Of a DNA stretch of 64,000 bases, positions 12,301 to 18,802 are shown piece by piece. Origin of the DNA: a virus. Lineage: Duplodnaviria > Caudoviricetes. Location: positions 32,001 through 96,000 of the IMG/VR virus record IMGVR_UViG_3300021431_000081, one strand, 5' to 3'. The notes under the pieces were generated by a model that saw only the letters and a list, made by a program, of their open reading frames with translations, made no database searches and was not told the origin of the DNA. A program made the translations under genes and the position numbers. Within the stretch, counting starts at the first letter, position 1. Every line of letters begins with the position of its first letter.

Positions 12301-13899
12301 TAGTTCAACACCATCAATTTTATTTACGTGTAAAGTATTATTAACAGCATCATATGTAAAATCAGTGTCATATGCTGCTCGTTTATTATTTCCTGAATAA
12401 CTTACCCATACCGGGCGATTACCTGCACTGGTAGCTTTATCAGTAGTAAGTGAAGTAGATTCGTTTACCGTAACCGATCCATTAGCATCAACCGTAATAT
12501 CTCCACCAGATTTTATGCCACCTATAGCACTACTGGAAGCTACTGGAAGAGTGTATTTGTTAGCACCTGCTTCTATACCATCCAGTTTCTTCTTATCAGT
12601 TGCTGACATTAAACCCGCAACAGCTTGTGTAGCTTCATGGATAATATACTGTCTTACTTTACCATCCTTAAAGTGATAAATGGGATGCGTAGGGTGGAGT
12701 GATGCCTGATATACGTTTATAGACTCACCCACATACATATATAACTTGCCATCATCCTCTGTTGGTAGATCCTGGGCCAACCAAGGATCAGATAAATAGA
12801 AGAGTTCATCTGTGGGAGATATTGTACCTACTAAGTATACAGGTTTATTAATATCCAAGTTATGTTCATTACCCGCTGTAGCGTGAGTATTAAAGGAATA
12901 ACGGGTATCAACGGCATAATGGGATACAAAAAATGTACTTCCACCAGTTAAAGAATTTTCATTTATGGTTGAACCACCATTATAATATACTAATTGTTGT
13001 GGACGAAAACCATGAGTATTACGTTCTTTCACTGGATTTGAATTATAACTGGTGACAATACTTTCCCAACGTCCATCATCTGTTTTCATGATAAGAGTAT
13101 ATGGAAAAATATGATTAGGACCTGCAAAAACACGATCACTACTCATATATAATTGATTGTAAGTATTTCTGTCACCTGATATAGTCTGTCCATTTGTTAT
13201 CGCATCAAATTGACCTACACCGCCATAATTTGTAGATCCAGTACCGGGAACGTCAGCATAGGTGATCATAGTATCCCTGAATTCAAAAGTACAATTTACT
13301 AATTCAATAATTTCAATATCAATTATTCTGCTATGCGTTTCATTAGAAGGATCATAGCTACTATGAAATCTAAGACCCAATTGATGACCGTATCCATTTA
13401 GTTGTCCTGCTTGTTTTGCATAACGAAGTAAATGATGGTAATAAGGTCTATAACTGTAATTAGGTATTACATTATAAGTACGATAACTATAATAAGTATC
13501 TTTTGATCCATCAATAGTAACCTCTGAATATTCGTACCCATCAGTCACTCCATTGATCTTTGCGTTTACTCTATAAGTTATTCTCCAAGGAGCATAATAA
13601 TCAGTAGGCTTAACTACACCAAAGTATATATAACCATTGGGATCATTGTTCGCAGTTACGTATACATTCTCATAATGTTTTGACATTAAAGGTTGTATTT
13701 CGGAATAATCGTAGGAGGGTTTAATGTACGGTAAATCTTTCCAAAGATCAGTACCGTTACCAACTTTGTACCATCCATCACGTTCTCCAGTTTTGGTATA
13801 AAGTATTTCTCCACTTTTTGGCACAGTAGTTAATGCTTTCCATTGTGCTTCGGTTTTATACGCATGGAGGAATCTAGTTTTTAAAGTCGTTTCTGCCAT
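3355..13899 (-). CDS. Giant tail fibre/receptor-binding protein (3514 aa) with C-terminal peptidase S74 intramolecular chaperone
   Basis: N-terminal Mtd_N/hyaluronidase-N-like segment (T..QW...P..GEI...KVG.G...W.DLPY); repeated fibre motifs (GLMSA.DK.KLD, YLPLSGGT.TG, W..W..V knob-like ends); C-terminal SDVRLKENI...DWK...G.IADE plus coiled coil. Confidence 0.85.
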   Translation of the reverse strand: MAETTLKTRFLHAYKTEAQWKALTTVPKSGEILYTKTGERDGWYKVGNGTDLWKDLPYIKPSYDYSEIQPLMSKHYENVYVTANNDPNGYIYFGVVKPTDYYAPWRITYRVNAKINGVTDGYEYSEVTIDGSKDTYYSYRTYNVIPNYSYRPYYHHLLRYAKQAGQLNGYGHQLGLRFHSSYDPSNETHSRIIDIEIIELVNCTFEFRDTMITYADVPGTGSTNYGGVGQFDAITNGQTISGDRNTYNQLYMSSDRVFAGPNHIFPYTLIMKTDDGRWESIVTSYNSNPVKERNTHGFRPQQLVYYNGGSTINENSLTGGSTFFVSHYAVDTRYSFNTHATAGNEHNLDINKPVYLVGTISPTDELFYLSDPWLAQDLPTEDDGKLYMYVGESINVYQASLHPTHPIYHFKDGKVRQYIIHEATQAVAGLMSATDKKKLDGIEAGANKYTLPVASSSAIGGIKSGGDITVDANGSVTVNESTSLTTDKATSAGNRPVWVSYSGNNKRAAYDTDFTYDAVNNTLHVNKIDGVELTGTPKAPTASTGTNSTQIATTAFVQNAVNNAVGDVEVGGRNLIKDSFRTISSTSYALADYYFGDRPPLEGETITIQIKGQLASTKSYFGIYNSGGSISPPGSAITAENQDENGIYTKTFTWYVGYASNKYLRIYHMPSSVSDATSVIEWVKVERGTEPTDWTPAPEELVTSLSVSGRTITYKNYKDETLDSFTTQDTTYTAGTGITISGTTISNAYSEEKLKLSTELNTIALVDAFYETNYFKLGRATNYTTLTDITGRDGIVMSIPWVNTTYAQQVFFDIDDASKIYTRRKNSNGWGSWNRIVTKSYGDSIYLPLSGGTLTGDLLFSDSGTTTRKIQGTVGSSDYWRIAGGATASNSGWMEIATADDGNEPIYARQYSGTFTTAKNTAILLDTDGSTSFPVSVTAPNLQANSYIRAKDTIFNLVSDYTSINVDEIIIYTGLKWVASHYMPEIHITGNAYNSGCPIDLRLVFYIYGTKFCNMGVVDNGGWHPEVYLFKYAIDSVDYVAVGLKSSPHVYYPSIRVDFYNSSLVHLNDLTPSLAEIQFIKKDDPSVIPADDDGTTCILVPYKTVTNPIPKLTLQQNGGNTVAYDGTGTATFNITKAGIGLGNVENKSSATIRGELTASNVTTALGYTPVASINQNTTENLSYLFNLGAYVGGSGARKYVRIALPDHTNYNMTYLEVSIRTFNTDQGGKVFIQAHHLASSYTWTQLSASVLGYLPDDIEIFASDGKYFYIYINKTYTTVSVDRMLIGDSAKNINLSNITIDFVDTLPETYQTATMYYGLHSGNFTSYLTDTYIPYSGSTISNPNTSSFSLANGITGNLIFANTGNTTGDWRGIGGINGANDAWVLRGYQTANNKGAVELAVGDDGDEGIYIRQYTSANYKIPLTNKPGTNSGLNYREIELMAPSTGATTFPVSVKAPIIMAGEFRTTNGGNPAVILCKPGLVTTADTKVDDPETNLTTSMGDDEWLKVLLKKICIEYPSKSDAIFRGSIGPNSQGYYEVYIYNTSVVDANTGLPKYAFGTWRHGSNIYWKFHSWSYTFQYQDILDSQNYSSYAIAKSGGTMTGVLNLYPNQTGDEGAIAKTAGTYALNLQNSNIIGVNAIFTSDLADDAREGINFYHTSTTVDSVWAKNGVLYFTPDRTLGTAGTDNNKIVLHSGNYHSYALPLTGGTMTGGLSLRPASGEGGQLQLMASTANTTQAGIALDQYNSTLRIFGIASADGTTKTGAGTPLVIDPYAKTITGSYTITGTLNGNASTATSATSAAYLSPDPSGRPTSANIISNNKAGLRTFLATSAMTEGKPPNDAHILHMDWDNSGQWASQIAIPTGANSLYFRTHPQNNGVNWRDWETVAHAQGKTGSTSQPVYMDSDGTLKVTTLTNSDISPIASKTYTGLYGSANDAANASFYFMTVKPTTYYVMWKIRYRIHCWVPGKNYYDSYSDVEIWGYQGSLSTNKIFNAHSYEGSSIRRCYYFHNLYRATQTGVSTYGHLIGLGLRASTNPTDSNYPRTFTIELLETENCECELWDEAVKYASVPGTGSTNYLGLSEINGADNGLQESSDANDTYTVRDYYTYLTAGANGMKQYSLVMEDDTGKWQSFTTTHGTATNKAKNTASFKLGNIYYMSTGSNYNSGQINGANIVTSHAIAIDFRYSTNCGTTLTANKPIFIVGTYNDATNTFTLDNTWWTQDYPTSEDNKIYIKIGYALNTYQIDFSNTLPMYWYKDGKVREFVIHEATPVSGGLMSASDKEKLDVLNIAEASMPTGSGKAVGWYRIAKISGLTNAEGGGYANFTMYATGSYNTGAPSVGTFELTTMNTLATITQTSALLNAIIKQIRLVGTSGEYYVDVYQNNEYASNQYMGKQRFSFIGRGAIETYNPETPLTGDDADATVAAILEIKNKGMATENVYATRMYGNTLIQCDGTIMSGTNSTTTNYTNITNGAIDVYGHTAQARLLVTHNSTAKSSLYLYASPSNTRGIYTTNSAGTGKTVIGIDDSNNVTLYGNAETATNATTFTASVTVPSSRNYLLFQQDRSSNSGTVNARYHNSLSVTSNVSSSNSGTQWTELWIGNSTASGTAGNSQGWIGLYTSGSSTTQIAAYGTGNSNYFYIPNYAGSGYAVTAAGVSAVGSATKPVYLAANGRVTALDHDVVSAFSYGGAVDANTFYDTGIYNITGGKLTNAPNSYGYGQILTMSYRKLSGNTTPDYASQIYIHHGGNNTNRMFYRTSSQTEWQDWQMVAHGAASTAVGDTNTPVYMTNLGVITAVNQPKSGAWFQGVPYVSSDGVMDIGKYIDFHATDTSTADYDVRLTAGTADLTVSKTLKVSGQIHSNGNIYSNGQLYAGVSANNSTKPNGSIHVHDLRSYKVLPGDFDQGANFYFAMSNSTDDITMPTTGIWYSIMHIKGWTGDYSSWELAGTAHNNDQRTTPLYVRSGRTTNDWGDWRKIYDESNPPAFTEIEGTLGVGKGGTGQTSAKNAANAFLNALDTGSSNPVDADYYISQYVGGGTTTTTYHRRPVSALYNYIKGKTDQVYIPLTGSSAVTGSISVRKASGEVQLAVGYTTEDTARWFYMYGNNTSGARGIYDSKKGLIVSITDSSASFKGTADAITNFKVTTSTNLGIASVSTNAIGYVSSLAADDWNYQHTDGALYTQFYSSSWQHEIFGDYRTGQISLRGKNNGTWQAWRRVLDESNYSTIISDNYLQKGGGTITGMVYANADLTVGFSTSTEKSHVTFSNSFNNYELVNTVNGDFALHDNTASHYVWRYAKSSYTQTTNAEITGRLLVDCCLGPTDVIATGYIEATGNIVTDGGDLISGRTTNSTRASVLLQNNAAGYRLCANTNGHCSLYAPDLGHNIFDFTPNGDSSYIDFPYTVKATVQARSDVRLKENIKDTKVNGLDAVNKMRLREYDWKADHKHQKVGLIADELEKVDEDLVSGGGYLDDGEMNAKCIDSYSLQMYMLKAIQELSQENKQLKEQLKTLMNRG

Positions 13900-13975
13900 T
13901 TCATTTGTTCCCTCCTTTTTTATTAGTTATCTGATTTATGTAATAAGAGTTGTACTCTTTAATTTTCGAAGTTAG

Positions 13976-14017
13976 CCAATAAAAATACGTGAGCATAAAC
14001 CCACGTATTTTTATTGG
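13976..14017 (-). terminator. Long hairpin, probable terminator
   Basis: ccaataaaaatacgtg...cacgtatttttattgg 16-bp perfect inverted repeat just past the stop of 14025..15437. Confidence 0.7.
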
Positions 14018-14024
14018 AATATAT

Positions 14025-15437
14025 TTAACTAAAATTGCCGTCTAAAATAATGACATCACCGGCTGTTTGTACTAATCCATTGGCATTAAAGCTTGTCATG
14101 TTCAACGCCACATTACTAGATCCATCAAAGTCTACAGCAGCTGCAGATCCCTTACCAGTAATAGAGAAGCTGACTGCCGTCTTTAACTTGGTAGCAGTAG
14201 CTGCCGTAGTAGCAGAATCCGCTGTTCCCGCACTGGATGCCTTACCTGCAAAGTTTGTTGCGGTAATTGTCTTCGTACTGGGATTGATGGTAATGCCTGT
14301 ATTATAAATTGCTTTTTGCGCACTTCCAGAAGTAGGAGAAGTGTTTGCAGACGCTAAAAGCGGATAAGCACCATTTGCTGTTGAGGATGTCTGTTTTACA
14401 TTCTCATCAGTAGTCTTATAACCTTTTCCCTCTACAAAAGTGGCTACTGCAGCACTTGTTGGTAAGTTAGTAGAAGTAGAACCTGCACTAATAGAAGAGT
14501 CAATCTGCTTGATTGATGCTTCACCCAGTGTAATAGTTCCTGATTTCGCAGTAGTTGTTAAGTCTGAAGTAGTAGTACTATACTTCAGGAATGTCTCAGA
14601 TTCATTACCTGCAGGAATATAACTCCAGTCAGAATTACCAACACTTCCTGACTTTAAGGCAATAAACAAATCCCCAACTTTTGCTGCCTGACCTGCATAA
14701 GTTCCTGCCTTGAATACCTTATAGGTATCACCGATTACAACATTTGAAGTAGGAAGAGCGGTTACATCACCACCAGTACCTACTGTTCCTTTGAATACCA
14801 TGGCATCAGATGCAGCAATCTTTGTACTGATCTGAGTATCAACGTACTGTTTAGTGGCTGCACCCAAGTCTGTCGTAGGATTAGCATGTAATGTTACAGC
14901 ACCAGTAAACGTACCGCCAGACTTTGGCATAGCTGCTTCCGCAGTCTCTTTTGCCTGATCAGCAATTCCTTTAGCGGTAGCTGCATCTGTCACACCTTGA
15001 TCGGCTTTTGCCATGGCACTTGCTACTGCTTTTGATGTAGCAGCTGTATCAGATGATGTAGAAGTCGTAGAATCAGAGAGCTTTACTACACCCTTCTGTC
15101 CCGTAGTACCATCCTTAATACTGATCTTTCCATCTGTTCCTACATCAATATTTGTACCAACAATTACACCACCCAATGTAGTACTAGTTGCTTTTGGTAA
15201 TTCATACGCAGCACTAGAAATTAAATTGGCAATTTCTGTTGGCGTGAGAGTAGCATATGGTAAATCGGACCATTTATTAGTACCGTCACCTACTTTAAAT
15301 TTGGGAATCCCAGAGGTGGTCAGCTCAATACAAATTTCACCTTTCATAGGAACTAAATTTGCATTACTACTTTCAGCCCATTGTGCCGTTGTTTTTGTAC
15401 ATACCAATAATCTAGAATTTAATGTTGTACTTGCCAT
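14025..15437 (-). CDS. Tail fibre-associated protein (Mtd_N-like N-terminus)
   Basis: N-terminus homologous to that of the 3514-aa fibre; fibre motifs LPKATSTTLGGV, QKGVVKLS..T.S.S...AAT.KAV, AATKQYVD. Confidence 0.75.
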   Translation of the reverse strand: MASTTLNSRLLVCTKTTAQWAESSNANLVPMKGEICIELTTSGIPKFKVGDGTNKWSDLPYATLTPTEIANLISSAAYELPKATSTTLGGVIVGTNIDVGTDGKISIKDGTTGQKGVVKLSDSTTSTSSDTAATSKAVASAMAKADQGVTDAATAKGIADQAKETAEAAMPKSGGTFTGAVTLHANPTTDLGAATKQYVDTQISTKIAASDAMVFKGTVGTGGDVTALPTSNVVIGDTYKVFKAGTYAGQAAKVGDLFIALKSGSVGNSDWSYIPAGNESETFLKYSTTTSDLTTTAKSGTITLGEASIKQIDSSISAGSTSTNLPTSAAVATFVEGKGYKTTDENVKQTSSTANGAYPLLASANTSPTSGSAQKAIYNTGITINPSTKTITATNFAGKASSAGTADSATTAATATKLKTAVSFSITGKGSAAAVDFDGSSNVALNMTSFNANGLVQTAGDVIILDGNFS

Positions 15438-15450
15438 AATTCACCTCCTT

Positions 15451-15765
15451 TTAAGAAAAATCCCCATTTATTACTTGTATCTCATTATAGTCACTGCCAA
15501 CAACTACATAACGCAATAATTCTTCACTATACACATATATTTTATTACTTCCTAAATCTACATATAAATGTGCATCTTCTCCCACGGCAGGAAATTCTAA
15601 ATAGTCATTAGCAAAGTGTAATTCTGGCGTATTGGCTTCCTGCTTATATTTCTGGAAAAGCTTTAATATTTCCTCATGATAAGTAGAAAGCCCATTTAAA
15701 TTAATCAATTTTTCATATACGTTAGGAGATGCATTAGTAGTTGTTGTTTCATTATTATCTGGCAT
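15451..15765 (-). CDS. Small fibre-associated hypothetical protein
   Basis: AAGGAG RBS before the ATG at 15765; FP.VG....LYVD...NKIY motif typical of fibre-module proteins. Confidence 0.6.
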   Translation of the reverse strand: MPDNNETTTTNASPNVYEKLINLNGLSTYHEEILKLFQKYKQEANTPELHFANDYLEFPAVGEDAHLYVDLGSNKIYVYSEELLRYVVVGSDYNEIQVINGDFS

Positions 15766-15782
15766 ATGCACTCCTTTCTACA

Positions 15783-16643
15783 TTACGTGCTAGTAAACAA
15801 TGCTCTGATATCTGCTTCAGTAGCAACAGTAATATTAATTGAACTATTCTCTAAAGCAATAAGTCGATCTGTATGATTACTGATTGTATTGTTCATAGTG
15901 GTAATATTACCTTCAACTGTAGTAACCCGGTCTCCCAGTGAACTAACAGCAGTTTGAATCTGTCCTACTTTTTCATCGGTATATTGTTTTGCATCCTCTA
16001 AAACCTGCGCATCTGCTGTGGCAGCAGCTGTAGCAGCATCTGCTAATATGTTCGCTTTCTCTGCTACAATACGGTCATTGACATAAGTCTGAGTAGCGTA
16101 GCCATCCAGATTAACCGAAGTATCACCGATCTTCTGTAACGTACCTTGAAGTTTCATCCATTCCTGATACTTATCAGAACCAGTCACAGTAGTATCTTTA
16201 ATCAGATACATTACATTTTCTTTGGCTTCAGCATCTGTAGGTAATTCATCTACAACTACTGTAGTTAATGAATGGATCTTACCTACTTCCTCTGCAATTA
16301 AAGCTTCCACTTCATTCTGTGTTACCAGATCACTAAGCGCAATACCGCCATCAATAATCTGTCCATTGGCATCAAATACACCGATATTTCCTGATAATGC
16401 AGATACCACTTTACGCATTACTGCATCTAAATTTGTCTCAGGAATAGTAATAGAATAAGCGGGTACAGCACCACTGGCAATAGGCTCAGATGTACGATAA
16501 AACTCTAAGGATTTACCGTCCTGACTAAGCATAACAGTTTTTAATGATTTCGCATCACCGCTATCAATATACTGTTTAATTAATTGATCATATAGTGTAA
16601 TATTATCGAGCGAAATATACTTAATCTGATTTGTGTCTGCCAT
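15783..16643 (-). CDS. Fibre-associated hypothetical protein (coiled coil)
   Basis: VVVDELPT...YL...YQEW...KIG.T.V.L.GYAT motif; coiled-coil C-terminal half; GGAGG RBS. Confidence 0.65.
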   Translation of the reverse strand: MADTNQIKYISLDNITLYDQLIKQYIDSGDAKSLKTVMLSQDGKSLEFYRTSEPIASGAVPAYSITIPETNLDAVMRKVVSALSGNIGVFDANGQIIDGGIALSDLVTQNEVEALIAEEVGKIHSLTTVVVDELPTDAEAKENVMYLIKDTTVTGSDKYQEWMKLQGTLQKIGDTSVNLDGYATQTYVNDRIVAEKANILADAATAAATADAQVLEDAKQYTDEKVGQIQTAVSSLGDRVTTVEGNITTMNNTISNHTDRLIALENSSINITVATEADIRALFTST

Positions 16644-16658
16644 GTTCTCCCTCCTTTA

Positions 16659-17537
16659 CTAATTAAATAGATTCTCAATATTTTCCTGATCTTCCATAAC
16701 TAATTTCTGCGATAATCTTAAATCAAACTTCTCATTAAATGTTGCATCCATAGCTTCATCCACTACATCATAAACAACACTCTCTACACCTTCTCGTACT
16801 AATTCCCGAATGTATTCCAAAGCATTATCACGGGTAATTATATTTAACGCCTGAAGTTTAGCATCTACTTCACTATCTGTTAAGTAGCCCTGTTCTTTAA
16901 TCCACTCATCTGTTATATAACTGCGTCTGGTAACTTTTTCTTCATCAACAAAATAATCCGTAATAGAAGAGGATGATATAACTTTTATAGCCTTTCCATC
17001 CTCATAGGTATCTATGGTAATCAGATCATTGTTTATATTCTGGAACACTGTCTCCAATTGATCTGATATTTTATAAGCACCTTTTATTTTATACATACCA
17101 TCTTCCAATTCACTTAATACTACCGGGTCTTCAATAGTCCCGCCTATATTGTCAATTGGTCTGTTACCTATGGTATTGTAATCAAGATCGGAAGAATTAT
17201 ATACACTAATAGATTGGATATAGTAAGTGCCATTACTTCTTTGATTGACCATATACGCCTGATATGATCCTGTAACAGATGAAAGCACTGAGATGATCTG
17301 ACCGGGATAAGTATCCTTATGAGAATTTAAGAAAGACTCCGCAGAAGCAACTGAGGAAAAACGATAAACACGAGACTGGATAGGAACTAATGAGAAATCG
17401 TCTGTAACCAACAGCATCTCCTGTGTGTCGGAACAAAGAACAATATCCCATTGATTCACTGTACCTGCGTTTATATGATCTTGAATTTCTCTGTATGAAC
17501 TAAAGAAAAATCGGGAGTGCCTACCATAATCTGCCAT
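16659..17537 (-). CDS. Tail-associated hypothetical protein
   Basis: 292-aa ORF in the fibre module with YPGQIISV motif. Confidence 0.6.
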   Translation of the reverse strand: MADYGRHSRFFFSSYREIQDHINAGTVNQWDIVLCSDTQEMLLVTDDFSLVPIQSRVYRFSSVASAESFLNSHKDTYPGQIISVLSSVTGSYQAYMVNQRSNGTYYIQSISVYNSSDLDYNTIGNRPIDNIGGTIEDPVVLSELEDGMYKIKGAYKISDQLETVFQNINNDLITIDTYEDGKAIKVISSSSITDYFVDEEKVTRRSYITDEWIKEQGYLTDSEVDAKLQALNIITRDNALEYIRELVREGVESVVYDVVDEAMDATFNEKFDLRLSQKLVMEDQENIENLFN

Positions 17538-17558
17538 ATGATCATCACCCCTTTAATC

Positions 17559-18239
17559 TTAAATCTGATTTACCACTACATTACCACTATTCGGAGATTC
17601 ACCACCAATAGCTACTAAAATGTTATTCAGGGTCTCTAAATCAATTTCAGTTCCGATCTTAACATTATTAGCAGTTAAATAGAGAGACTTGTCATCTTCA
17701 TCTAATCTGATATTATCTGCTTTCGAAGCATTGATAATACTGGCTACTTCAGCGAGTGCTTCCGCTACCTTCTTATTCTCAACATACATAGCAGTCAGTT
17801 CAGCCAGAGCCTCTTTGGATGCATTAAACCAAGAGGTGATAGGAACAATCTTAATCGTGCCACTATTAGCACTGTTCCTTACATGCTCTACAGTATTACC
17901 GTCTGCATCCAGTTCTGCTTTAATAAAAGTAAGACTGAATTCTAACTCACCAGTTTCTGCTGTTAAGGCTGTGGTAGCTTGTGTAGTTGGTAATGTATAT
18001 AACAGATAATCATCTTTATAAGCATCATCTGTTAATACTAATTGAATAATACTATTCCGCTTGGAAATAGGCGTAATATATTCCAGAACAACATCATAAT
18101 CTGCCATTTCGTATTCATCGTTATATAATTTAGGAGTGATAAACCGAATAGAATCTACAGCATTTGATTTTTCTACTATAGCACTCGTAGCTTCAGTTCT
18201 TACTATAGCATTGTCATTTCCAATATAAAAAGTCAGCAT
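17559..18239 (-). CDS. BppU-like baseplate/fibre adaptor
   Basis: I.F..P..Y....M....V.LEY...Y.LP...T..TGELEF.L pattern like BppU N-terminal domains; GGAGG RBS. Confidence 0.5.
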   Translation of the reverse strand: MLTFYIGNDNAIVRTEATSAIVEKSNAVDSIRFITPKLYNDEYEMADYDVVLEYITPISKRNSIIQLVLTDDAYKDDYLLYTLPTTQATTALTAETGELEFSLTFIKAELDADGNTVEHVRNSANSGTIKIVPITSWFNASKEALAELTAMYVENKKVAEALAEVASIINASKADNIRLDEDDKSLYLTANNVKIGTEIDLETLNNILVAIGGESPNSGNVVVNQI

Positions 18240-18254
18240 AGTTTCCTCCTTTCG

Positions 18255-18401
18255 TTAATCTTCAGATATGATGTACTCATATTCTTCCTGAGTGATATTT
18301 TTAGCGGTTCTCATCATTATAATTTTTTCTTTGGTAACAAGTCCCTTTTTGTAAAGACTTCTTAAAGTCTCAACGACATCACTGTATTTTTGCTCTGCCA
18401 T
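18255..18401 (-). CDS. XkdX-like small protein (48 aa, absent from the ORF track)
   Basis: Translated by hand: MAEQKYSDVVETLRSLYKKGLVTKEKIIMMRTAKNITQEEYEYIISED; LY..G.....I......IT.EEY pattern and position match XkdX-type proteins. Confidence 0.7.
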   Translation of the reverse strand: MAEQKYSDVVETLRSLYKKGLVTKEKIIMMRTAKNITQEEYEYIISED

Positions 18402-18402
18402 T

Positions 18403-18735
18403 TTAAATCCCCCTCTCTAAGATTTCTAATAAAAAATCTTCTCTTATCTCTTGAGCGGTCTTAAAATTATTTTTATCTAATGTTTTATATTCGTTTTCGG
18501 ATATCTCCTCTAAAGATACCGTGAGATATTTATCCTGTATAGGAAAGGGTAGAAGAGCGCTTGTATTATAAATCTTTTCTTTGTCTGATAGGAAACCTTG
18601 TGCTTGTGCTTTGTTACAACGAACAGGAATTCCATGTACAGCTTGAAACTTTACATATACTGGCCCAACACTATCTTCATAGGATAGAAGATCAATTACT
18701 TTCCTATTCCAAATAACTTTAAAATATTTCTTCAT
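18403..18735 (-). CDS. Hypothetical protein
   Basis: 110-aa ORF with GGAG RBS, directly upstream of the XkdX-like gene. Confidence 0.65.
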   Translation of the reverse strand: MKKYFKVIWNRKVIDLLSYEDSVGPVYVKFQAVHGIPVRCNKAQAQGFLSDKEKIYNTSALLPFPIQDKYLTVSLEEISENEYKTLDKNNFKTAQEIREDFLLEILERGI

Positions 18736-18754
18736 AATAAGGATCTCCTATATA

Positions 18755-18793
18755 TAAAATAATAGAGCCGTTAACAAGTAACGACTCTATTAT
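18755..18793 (-). terminator. Terminator-like hairpin
   Basis: Minus strand AUAAUAGAGUCGUUA-CUUGU-UAACGGCUCUAUUAU then UUUAU. Confidence 0.7.
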
Positions 18794-18802
18794 AATGTAT
18801 GG

